A stretch of DNA of 64,000 nucleotides. Origin: Neoechinorhynchus agilis (lineage: Eukaryota > Animalia > Acanthocephala). Shown one piece after another: positions 22,098-32,569 of the stretch. Made by a program: the position numbers and the translations under genes. The notes below the pieces were generated by a model, which saw only the letters and a list, made by a program, of their open reading frames with translations, was not told the DNA's origin and made no database searches. The stretch spans positions 10,617,480 through 10,681,479 of the forward strand of contig CM121342.1 of NCBI GenBank assembly GCA_051530055.1, written 5' to 3'. Each line of letters starts with the position of its first letter. The stretch's first letter is position 1.

Positions 22098-25000
22098 CTA
22101 TACATCTCTCTGACCTGAAATAGACAGATCGTCACTGGAGCTGCGTTCACTTGAACTTTCTTCGCTTTCGTTCATTTTATCTTGACCGAACATTCTGCAG
22201 AACGTAAACGTGAAAGGCCCCTTTCCGTCAACTGATTCTCCTCTAACAGCAAAACCGTAACCCGTAGCTCGCTTATCTCCAAACTCTTCCCATGAACGCA
22301 AGTATCCATTTCTCAACGCCGGTTGTCTGATCTTGTAGTCCCTTTCATTTGACGTGCAAATCCAGCTTAGTTGGTGTGCGTTAGACTCTTCAAAGCTTCG
22401 TTGAACATTCTCTCCTCTGCCTGGGTTAACAATTAAATACACGGAATATACAGTTGCTTTTGCAATGGGTTCCCATTGAATCTCAAAGCTGCCATCATCG
22501 CATGCTCTGACTTTTGTTTTTGGTCCTCTTGTGGGAATATTCAGTGGTGGAGTTGTACATAGAATCGACTCAGTCCATTCACTACATCCAAGACCGTTTA
22601 TAGCACAAGCTCGTATTCTATAAGATTGATTCGCACAGAGATTTATACGACCTGGTCGACGACATTCAACGCTTCGGTACATACTTGGGTGCATTAGAGG
22701 TATTGTTGGTGTCCTCCGTCGAATGGATAGATACTCAAGTAACCGACGACCACTTGCTAAATCACGAATCTTTAGTTTACGCATCCAATAATCAAAAACG
22801 TTGGCTTTTGTCCTATCAAATATTCCCACATCTTGCCACCATCTACAACTCGATGAATCCTCGTCAATATTATCAAGAACAATTACTTCACAGCCATCTA
22901 CTTGAGGAATATCATCGTCGTCATCTTTTGTTAGATCAATTATCTCATTCGGCTGAATGGGCCTTCTTTGTGTTGGCGGTAGTCGCCTCCATTGCTGAGG
23001 ACAAGAACCACTTTCAACTAAACGTTTTATATTGATTCCTCCGGATCCTCTACCCATGTTTCTCCAATCAGCTGAAATCACACTTCGGTATCTATTAGTT
23101 CCATGACCAATCGGTTGTCTATAAGCTCGAATATGTGAAGGACGTGGAGATTGGTAGAGCCCTGGAGGACGTTGTACAAGTCCACTTGAATAAATGGTAT
23201 GAGCACTGTTGTGAAGCATATCAACTACGTTGGTATCACTGACCAGTCGATCATCAGGAACAGACCATTCGTGAACAAGAGGAATTCTTGTAGGTTGAAA
23301 AGTCCTAAAAGGAACTGAAGATGGACGTTCTCTATATGCACGTCTTCTCTGTGAATCCATGTCTGATTTGCCAACACAACTAAACCGAATCAAAGCCTGT
23401 TCACCCTGAGGATCTTCAGTTACAGAATCAGGAACTAAAGTTCCGGCTGAGATTTCGAACGGATTCTCACTTAGGCGATAATTCTCAGTTCCTTTTTTAG
23501 CTCGTTTATTATCACTAGCTCGGATTATACGCCTTTCTGCGGCGGTCATTTTATACCGTTTCTTCGTTAAAGGAGTAGAAATGAACTCTTCGTCTTCATC
23601 GTCACTCGACTCGCTGTACACGTCACAGGACTCCCGGGTAAAACGAGTTGGAGATAGAAACTCAGAAAAGACTTTCTTTACGCGATCTCGATTAAGTTCT
23701 ATCCATACATCATCCAAAACTCGAAGACCTTCAGTCATCACTCTAGACACAATCCTTAATTCCTCTCGGTCTTTTTTTGTCTCCATTACTCCATTTTCCG
23801 GAGATGTACCGTTCTCTTGAACTAGCTGAAGTTGAATAAGACAAAGATCCGCCGATGCTGGCAATTGGAATTCAAATTCCATAAACTGTTGTTGCAGTTT
23901 AGAAATCTCGAATTTATCAGGTGATTTTGGAAGTTGCGTATCTAAAGTTAGCATTTCATTAGTAAACCATTTCTGGCCAGCTTCAGATTGAACGTATCCA
24001 CCAAAGACGTACATCCGTTCATCAAATCCAACGGCACTATGACACGCACGTCCTTCAATCCGTTCCGACTTTCCAGAATGCACGACCGAACGACACGTGA
24101 AAGTGTTCAAATCAATTAACAATACCTTGCCAGACATTTCAAAAGAACGATCTTTGTAGAGGAGACATCCGCCAAATACAATCACGTCATTGCCAACGAC
24201 GACCGAAGAATGAGCTATTAGACTTGTATTGCCCAAAAAGTGACCGAGATCACAAACAATCCACTTTAAAGTCTCAAAGTGGAAAATATACGCTGCATTG
24301 GAGGTTGATGTTAACTGGTTATCGTTTCCACCATAGACACATAACCGAGGAATTTTGTTGGAGAAAAACAAACAACTCGCATGACCGTCACGTGGAGTAG
24401 GTTGCTGTTCGAGTACTTGAACAAAACTGTAAGTCCAAGAGTTCCGATCGATTCTGATTAATGTATTGGTCCGCTCTTCTTTTAAAGTACCGTCTTCGTC
24501 AAGCCGCTTACGAATTCCACCAAACACGTATAAACCATGAGCGCGCACGAATGTAAGAGTGTGACCGGATCGACTGAACTGTGAGTTGTGATCAGTGGTT
24601 ACGACGTGTCGGTTCCAGGTCATTGTAGTCGAGCGAACCAATGCACAATCATAAGAAAATATATCATTACTTATGTTAACTTTGAACTCTTCAAATTTAG
24701 TCTAACCCGGTGCATCCTTCAAAATTTAAAACGAAAAAAAACGATGACATTTAATTCTAGGTTATATATTCCATATAAAAACGATTCAACCGATGAAAAC
24801 AACCACAAAAACGGGAAAACTAAATTTGCTTTTACACCCGAGCAATCGCGCTACTATTGATACGATCTATCAATCTTAGCACGCTAAAAACCTCCAATTA
24901 ATCAAAGAAAAAAGAACCTCTGCGGATTTAGCGAATTTAGCATAAAAGATTGAAGTAAAAAATATATTGTGTTGAAGTGTAGCCTTTTTTTACCACGGCT

Positions 25001-25869
25001 AATATTTTTTTGCTTGATCGAAGAATCTTGAAGAACGGTTCGAACAAAGCTAAAAAAAGAATTTGCTAAGATGGATACCAAAACCGCGATGAGATTGAAG
25101 ATGGTGTAGATTTATAGGTTTGTTACTAAAATCAATTGTTTGAAGATTGAATTGTTCATTAAGGGGGTTTTTAGCGTAGAAAAATTAAAATGATTTTTAA
25201 AATCCGATTGGTCTCGGCAAAGCGTACACAAGATTGTGCGCTTTTTTATAATCAAGGTTGCTAACGTCTTAAACAACTTACAAGCAACCTTGATTAAAAA
25301 AAGCGTACAATCTTGTGTACGCCTCGCCGAAACCAATCGGATTTTAAAAAATCATTTTAATTTTTCTACGCCAGATAACAACGAAAAGCAATTATTGGTT
25401 AGTTAGTTTGTATAAATGTGAAAAAAACGTGTCAAAGTGGTGTAGATTTTGGGTTTAGTAGCAAATCAATTATTGATTATAAGCGATTTTGATTGCTTAA
25501 AAGGCCAATTCTGCAAGAGTTCTCTCGCTCATCGACCTGTAATTCGTATAGGTCAGCACACGTGAGCCCATTCCTGAGCATTCCACCAAAAACGTAAATC
25601 GATTGCCCGTAACCGTCCGCGGCGTATTTAACGAGTATTGGCGGTCGATCACCTTGGCAATCAAGCGTAGACCATTTTTTTAAACATGTATCATAAAAGA
25701 ATACACGACTGGAATCTAGACCAGTTGTTGTTTCCGCCAAAATGTATACCTTTCTGTCTAATCGGATTGCCTGATTTCCAAGAGTCACATTTGCTGTCTT
25801 TATCAAAGGACAAAGAAATCGCGACCAACAAATCGGCGACGAGCATTTTAAACATTCATCTGAATTCAT
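22098..25869 (-). CDS. HCFC1: Host cell factor (HCF1-like): Kelch repeats plus C-terminal FN3 domains; exon 1 25869-25537, exon 2 from ~24629
   Basis: GDRPPILVKYA..IYVFGGM..DLYELQ, SRSGHT..YVFGG, TPRDGH, AHSSVVVGNDVIVFGG, GRACHSAV..MYVFGG; YRIRACAINGLG, SVYL, GKGP. Confidence 0.8.
25150..25375. mobile_element. Palindromic MITE-like element within the HCF1 intron; sister copy at ~31985-32185
   Basis: aaaatgatttttaaaatccgattgg..gcgtacacaagattgtgcgc..aatcaaggttgc arms inverted; both loci give the same spurious ORF MVSARRTQD. Confidence 0.8.
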
Positions 25870-26908
25870 CAAATCTTAAAAAATAATAAAAGGAGAATAA
25901 AATTGTTTAAATACAATTAACACGTGCAAAAAACAGTATACATGGATTCACGAACATTGAGCAATTTGAAAAATGAATCCCGACGCGAATTTGAAGCAAT
26001 CAACTTTTTTTAATGAACACGTATACGTAAAAAGATTACGTTATATTCTTCTTAAAAAAAAGCGCAGTTTTGAACACTAAACGCCTAAAAACAACCACCG
26101 CATATTTTAACACATTTTATTGCTCGTAATTTCAATTCCTTTCATTCTCCTTCTATCTATGCTCCTTTTTTCCATGCTGTCCAATCTTCTCAGATTTCAG
26201 AACTTGAAATGAACCTGAGGAAAGACCAACTTTACACGCGCTCCTAGAATAAATAATCGCCAATTCTCATACGAATGAACTTCCTCCGACCGGATATTCC
26301 CACGCGACCAAAACACTAATGTGCTCAATAATCAACAACCACCAATTCCTACCCGAACGGACTCTGAACTCCTGTGCTTACGAGGACACAAGGGTACATG
26401 GGTCCTCTTCTTTGTGCTTTAACAAATAAAACTTGTTATTTTTCGATCCAATAGCCGGAGCATTCCTCCTGCAAAACATAAGTCTGGCTCTGCAATGGAA
26501 AGGAGCGCTGGATCCGCCCTTTCGACCATTACACCACTAAGGCAGCTTTCAATGATCTAGAACGGTGGCGCGATTATTCGTAAATGTGAAAATTGCTATT
26601 CAAAATAAAAAAATAAGCTTGAAAATAAGGTAATTGTGTGTAAATTGGTCTGAAATCGACGTAATATTTTTTTCGCCTACAGTATCGCATTGTTTGTTTC
26701 GCACTCATGACGTCACTTGTTTTATCTTTCAAACACTTGAATTCGACGAATAGATATTGTTTTTTTGCAAATATTCACAGATTTAGAAAAAAGGTTGAAA
26801 TCTCTTTCGCTCAAAAATTGAAAACAATAATTTCAGTTAAACAATGTTCAGGATTACATTGAAACCAGATTATATTTCTATCGGTTTTATTTAAATCACA
26901 TCTTGGTT

Positions 26909-28348
26909 TTAACAAGAACTTTTTTGCATATACTTTGCACTTAGCAATTGTGCACGTTTTTCATTGATTGCCATTTCTTCATCGAATCGCCAATACGTGT
27001 ACTTTGAGCCAAATCTCTGAATTAATTTTCGTACGACCAACACTAATACAAAGAATCCAATTGATACCATAAGGAATTTAGGAAACCGTTTGAGCTCCAT
27101 TGGCGACATTTCTCGTGCCATACGTTCATAGACCTGTTTATAGTCCTCTTCATCCACATTTACGAAAATCTTAACGCTTAAATACACATAACCGCTCATT
27201 TCGCCAACTAAATGAGCGTTTAAACGCACCGTCCCTGATTTATTGATATAATTGATCATTAAGTGACCTTTAGGGCTACATTTAGCGTCTACTCCATCTC
27301 TGTTATCCATCGACCAGCTCACATTTTCTGAAAAATCATTTTCAGTACTCGTTTCGGCGAATTGTAGTTGCGTGAACACTGGTCGCCGGTTGTTCAACGT
27401 TAGAAACACTGAATCCCTCGATGTGGAGTATTTACTCAAGGGTAATAGAAAAACTTGGTAGTTTCTATATGTGAAAACTAGAGGGAAATCGATGTGGGTT
27501 AACCTTAGCGACAGTTGGTACTGAAACGAGGAATTTGTGAAAAGCCGAACTTCGTTCATATTGCATTGAGAACTACACGATATTTTATATAATGAGGAGT
27601 TTTCGGTACTGACCGATAGAATTGGATTCTCGACGAAATCGTAATCTTCTGGGATAAAGATAGAATCATTCTTTAAGATAACCTTTTCGTTTGGCATCAA
27701 GTGCATTTTCGGTTCATTAATGAAAGAAATAGTCATATGACACGATTTCGATTGATTTTCACCAAAATCAATAGTACATTCCAAATACAATGTATCTTCC
27801 GATATGTTCAATTCTTTATGGGGCTTAAATAACATTACGTCCATTTCCGGCAATCGAATACTAAATAGACTGTTGTTTAAACTTACATTTAAGCTTGGAA
27901 TTCGGGAAAGATGAACGAGTTGAACACTTCCAACTTTTCCTGAATATTGCTTTCCAACATAAAACTCATTTCGACCACATTCCGGCATTATGGTCAAATC
28001 GATCCGAATACGAACGAAGGCAATAATTGTTTTAACATATCCCATCACTAAATTAACTTGACAATTCCGATCATTACTTAAACGTCCTGTCTTCACGAGA
28101 AGTGTATTTGTTGTTTTATCGTAGATTACAAGACATGGATGAAGATTGATTTTATTATCAACAACTGCTTTGAATCCTGCAGATAGTCTTTGGTTTTGAG
28201 TGAACAGTTCCGATATTTTGTATACTCGTGAGATGGATGAATTAAACGGAATGTACTCTTGAAAATGGATGCTTTTTTGAATTACCGTTATCTTCTTTGT
28301 AGTTGCGATGAACAATGAAGCCGCTGCGAACAAAATGAAACATATCAT
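26909..28348 (-). CDS. Single-pass membrane protein with degenerate cadherin-like ectodomain
   Basis: 479-aa intronless ORF; N-terminal hydrophobic signal, beta-rich repeats with INEP and NNRRPVF linker-like motifs, TM segment FLMVSIGFFVLVLVV. Confidence 0.55.
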   Translation of the reverse strand: MICFILFAAASLFIATTKKITVIQKSIHFQEYIPFNSSISRVYKISELFTQNQRLSAGFKAVVDNKINLHPCLVIYDKTTNTLLVKTGRLSNDRNCQVNLVMGYVKTIIAFVRIRIDLTIMPECGRNEFYVGKQYSGKVGSVQLVHLSRIPSLNVSLNNSLFSIRLPEMDVMLFKPHKELNISEDTLYLECTIDFGENQSKSCHMTISFINEPKMHLMPNEKVILKNDSIFIPEDYDFVENPILSVSTENSSLYKISCSSQCNMNEVRLFTNSSFQYQLSLRLTHIDFPLVFTYRNYQVFLLPLSKYSTSRDSVFLTLNNRRPVFTQLQFAETSTENDFSENVSWSMDNRDGVDAKCSPKGHLMINYINKSGTVRLNAHLVGEMSGYVYLSVKIFVNVDEEDYKQVYERMAREMSPMELKRFPKFLMVSIGFFVLVLVVRKLIQRFGSKYTYWRFDEEMAINEKRAQLLSAKYMQKSSC

Positions 28349-29391
28349 TTCGAGTCAGACACTCGAGTTTGTGAATCGAAAATTGAAAAATATAACGAAC
28401 ATGTTGCGTGTACGGTGGCATCATTTCAACACCGGTGTTCTTTTAAATTCACGGTTTCTCTAGCTAAATTTGCTTTTAGATCTCTCTCTTGCAAAATTAT
28501 ATTTTTTAAGGTAGCTTTCGAAAAAAGTCACTCACCCTGATAGTATTTTTTCTTAAGTATTCGCTTATACATTATCCATCACAATATTCGGTCAAGAAAT
28601 TCTGATATTTTCAAGCAAAATGAGAGACAAAGTGTCTTGATGACCATTAATTTAAAGGTATAGACGATGGGAATCGATTCTTCAATCAATTTCCTGTATA
28701 TTTCTCGATAACACGGATTCAGTTTTTAAACCAAAAATAGTTTTCTGCTCAATTTTAACAGATCTTGCCGGTCCATTAAATACACGTAAATCTTCGCAGT
28801 AAATACCATGGATCGTTTGCTAGCACCGAAGTGCCTTATTCGTAATTACTAAATCCTCGCTGAAGTCGAGATATGAGATCATATGAATCCTTTCCGGATT
28901 ATGTTTCCTCACTTTGTCCGTCAAAATCGAGTTTGCTTAACAAACACTAATAAACATTTCTATTTGAAAATAACTTATAAACTTCAGTTCGTTCAACCCA
29001 ACAAAGAGAGTGGCGTTAATATTCGTAAATGCTTGTAAAAAAATCGTTAATTGAAAAATCTTAAAAATTGAATTTGCCCACAATTGATCAATTAAGACTA
29101 ATTTCGAGTATTGCGAAAATTCGGATAGAAAATCAAGCATTCGCTTTATAAATTAATCTTGAACTTTGAGACGATCTTACTCAAAATCGACGACCAGTAA
29201 CGTTTTAAAAAATAAAAATCGATTAAAAAAATTACAAAAAATGACTGATGAGGCAAGGCTTCCTCGCGAAATTATTCGGGAACTATGATCACCACAACTC
29301 TAACAAACCGCTAAGGATTTTCTCTTGAAAAGTAAACATCTATTGTAAATTTTTTGTGAAAATCTTTTTATCACTTACAGCAAACATTTTA

Positions 29392-30382
29392 TTAGTCCAC
29401 TATTCCACAACTTGAAATTATTACATTCTTTTTTGGAGTGCCATTCTTTGTCCCGCACATTTCTATTCTTTTAACGACTTTCATACCATCAATGATTTCT
29501 CCGAACACAACATGTCGACCATCGAGCCAATCGCAGGCGTCCAATGTAATAAAGAATTGAGAATTGTTTGAATTCGGGCCTGAATTAGCCATTGAAACAA
29601 ATCCGGCTCGGGTATGTTTAAGATCGAAATTCTCGTCATCGAATTTTTCTCCATATACCGAGCGACCACCGGTTCCATCTCGTTTAGTGACATCGCCAGT
29701 TTGAGCCATAAATCCTGGAATAATTCTATGAAACACACAAGATCTAAAGATTTGAACGTAGACAAACACAAAGAACAAAATGTCTACTTCAAAGAGTATA
29801 ACAAAGAGCATTCGCTTTTGTAGCTCCATGGCCGGCAGCCACGACGTCCCCTAAACATAATCTTCTAAAGTTTTCACAAGTTCGAGGAACAACATTAGTA
29901 AAGAGTTGAACAACGATTTTGCCGATGACGCGTCCATCTATCTGAATCTCCAAAAAAGTTCTAACTTTATCCAATGAGATTGTACTAATTAAATCCTTGG
30001 GTTCATGCTCTTGATCGTTAATCCGCTGGTCGTCGTCCATCACATACCTCTTTATCCATTCGTCGTTAGCCCATACTGGCTTTGTGGCATGTTCAGGTGG
30101 ACGTTTATGGAACACGGACTTTGCCACATTGACCCTCACAGTCCTACCAAAGATCTCAGAAGAGTTCATGTTGTCAACTGCTGATGCCGCGTCTTCGGCG
30201 ACCTCAAATTCCACGAAACCGAAACCTCGGTGTTTCTGGGTTGTGTAATCAATCGGCATCTGAACATCGAGCACTTCTCCGAACGGTATCATTGCTGATC
30301 GAAGTATGTCTTCTGTCACTTCCTCGGACAAACCTCCAACGTAAACTACTCGTTTCGCGTTTATAGCTGCTACAGTGTCCAT
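29392..30382 (-). CDS. PPIE: Cyclophilin E (RRM + PPIase), two exons separated by a 52-nt non-GT interruption (29795-29744)
   Basis: [20 protein letters not shown]; PPIase [69 protein letters not shown]. Confidence 0.95.
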
Positions 30383-30647
30383 CTCAGCGAAAGCAAAAAA
30401 TTCTGAAATCCAAGACCTTTAGAAAACAAAAACCTTAGAAAGTTTGTTATCAATGTACTTCAACAAAAAAAGAGTGCATTCTAGTTATACTTTTGATGTA
30501 ACTGCCATGCCATAACCTATTTGATTTATTTGAGATAAAAAAGAACGAAGTAACCTCGCTTTCTCAGTCATCTAAAAATGGGTTTTACACATTAAGGTTT
30601 AAATTTAATTTGACAAATAGGACCCAGAGTTTATTTAATTATTTGCC

Positions 30648-30730
30648 TAGCTTTCGCCGTTTTACGGCTTCAACTGGGCAATTGTTTGAAAGTAAATTTC
30701 CCAGTTGAAGCCGTAATCCGGCGAAAGCTA
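30648..30730. mobile_element. 83-bp near-perfect palindrome with hammerhead-remnant arms
   Basis: tagctttcgccg..ttacggcttcaactggg / cccagttgaagccgtaa..cggcgaaagcta; arms read TTGAA-GCCG-loop-CGGC-GAA-AGCT-A. Confidence 0.7.
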
Positions 30731-31265
30731 CTCAAATAAATAAACTTTGGGTCGTATTTTTAAAATTAAAATTAAGTCATGCGCCTGGAAAATCAAGCAG
30801 CGATTCGCGCTACATTGAGGTTTTATGCTCGAGTGCGCGGGATCGCCAAACCCGAAGTTCGACGACCAGCGCGGTACTACGTTTTTTCCCTTGATTTTTG
30901 TATTGATTTTTAACATGTCGCTGGCCGGTAGTTTTATTCTAAAATTAACCTTATTTCCCTAGGAGGCGAGGTTACCACCTGCGAAATATTTCCACTAAAT
31001 CAAATAGGTGAGGACTTGGGGAGCATGTTCACCAAAAGTTTACATTGATTAACCCTAAAGGATTTTCTCGGTTGATGATTGGGTGTTTTGTCTAACGAAG
31101 AAGCACCATCGACATATTCAATATACTAAACTGAAAAGGAAACCCTAGTTCCATCATCATAGTCCGTTCCTCTTTGAAACGAGTTCTTTCGAACAGACTG
31201 TGACATTGTTCTCGTCCCAAGTACCTTTCGTCGTAACTACTCAATGTTAGTTTCTAGATAATACA

Positions 31266-31668
31266 TAAACCTCGTAATCTAAGGTAATATTTTTTATGGA
31301 CATGTTTTATTTTTTCCATTCGCGGCCGAATGTCCCAGTTAGGGTCAATGGGTTCGAATCCGTTACCACCAATGGCGCTCAATTAAAGGGGACTAAATAC
31401 CGTTGAAAGGAGGAGGAAACTCACTGAAATCTGCGAACTTAAATCTGTACGGTCATGGACATTGAGCGCAAGCGCTTCCCTGGCCAATGAATCGATGGAC
31501 TGTGTGTACACTCGGCCGTGTATGGAAAAAATAAAACATATCTATCAAAAAGACTACCGGCTGAGCCACTCATAAGGATGCTAAAACAATCTCGTTTCAA
31601 AAGTATGCATTGTTACGTCTGTTGGTGATATTGGCGCTATTACAGAGTCCCTAAACCTCGTAATCTAA
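31266..31668. mobile_element. Insertion flanked by 17-bp direct repeats, with internal inverted repeats and a B-box-like motif
   Basis: taaacctcgtaatctaa at 31266 and 31652; inverted arms 31302-31329 / 31512-31539; ggttcgaatcc near 31350. Confidence 0.55.
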
Positions 31669-31984
31669 TACAACCATACAACCATACAACCTTTTTGTAT
31701 ATTTACCTCTATCTTCGATATTATACTTACAAAGTATGAATCGTATTCATCAGTGCGTTTGGGTATGTTGAGGAAATCTTAAGTTAGGACATCTGATGGT
31801 CATTTACTTCGCTTTAAAATTAAAAAGTCTGCTTTCTCTATGATTGCAACCCCAAATGATATAGCTTTCTGTGATAATGATAGACAAAAATGGAATGTCG
31901 ATAATAAGAGTCGCCTCTTTTCTCCATACGACTTATTAACTGTTTGAAGATTGAACTGTTCATTAATTGTTGTTTTCCTATAGG

Positions 31985-32185
31985 AGAAATTAAAATGATT
32001 TTTTAAAATTCGATTGGTTTCGGCGAGGCGTACACAAGATTATACGCCTTTTTTAATTAAGGTTGCTTTTAAGTTGTTTAAGACGTTAGCAACCTTGATT
32101 AAAAAAAGGCGTACGATCTTGTATACGCCTTGCCGAAACCAATCGGATTTTAAAATTTATAATTATTTTAATTTTTCTCCGCAAG
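31985..32185. mobile_element. Palindromic MITE-like element (sister of 25150-25375)
   Basis: Same arms (gcgtacacaagatt, aaccttgattaaaaaa, ccgaaaccaatcggatttt). Confidence 0.8.
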
Positions 32186-32569
32186 CGAAGGTTTATTAAC
32201 TGTCGAAAAGCGTCTTTATTTGCGCAAAGCATTAAAAAGATCGGGAAATATTGTAGTCAAAATAAATTCAGCCCTGGCTATCGACGTTATCGGCAGAAGA
32301 TTAGCGTTTAAGAAAGTGAAATCGAAGACACCAAAGAAGTGTTTATTTCTTTTTTTATTTATTACTATTGATGGGCATTAGCAATTTCGGCGGTCGGAGG
32401 AACTTATTTTAGCACTTTCGGCGGCCGAAAAAATCTTGGGTTTTACATCAGAGAAGTGATATGACCACTTAAACTCGGATGAAACGTTAAAAACATCTCT
32501 CCGGATTCTCGGATACCTCAAGGATGCGGGACTCATCAGTGAGTTTCCTCCCTTCAGCGGTATTTCGTC

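Noticed and set aside
25112-25336. ORFs MVSARRTQD (also 32014-32199) as a duplicated gene
   Set aside because: They are chance frames across the palindromic MITE.
15266-25869. ADA2 and HCF1 adjacency as a functional coactivator cluster
   Set aside because: Single observation, genes separated by a satellite; could be chance without synteny data.
29777-29802. 19-nt GT-AG micro-intron as the PPIE solution
   Set aside because: Far shorter than other introns here and would insert 12 hydrophobic residues before the FHR motif; kept only as a refuting alternative.
31321-31375. tRNA gene
   Set aside because: Only a T-loop/B-box-like motif; no complete cloverleaf could be built.
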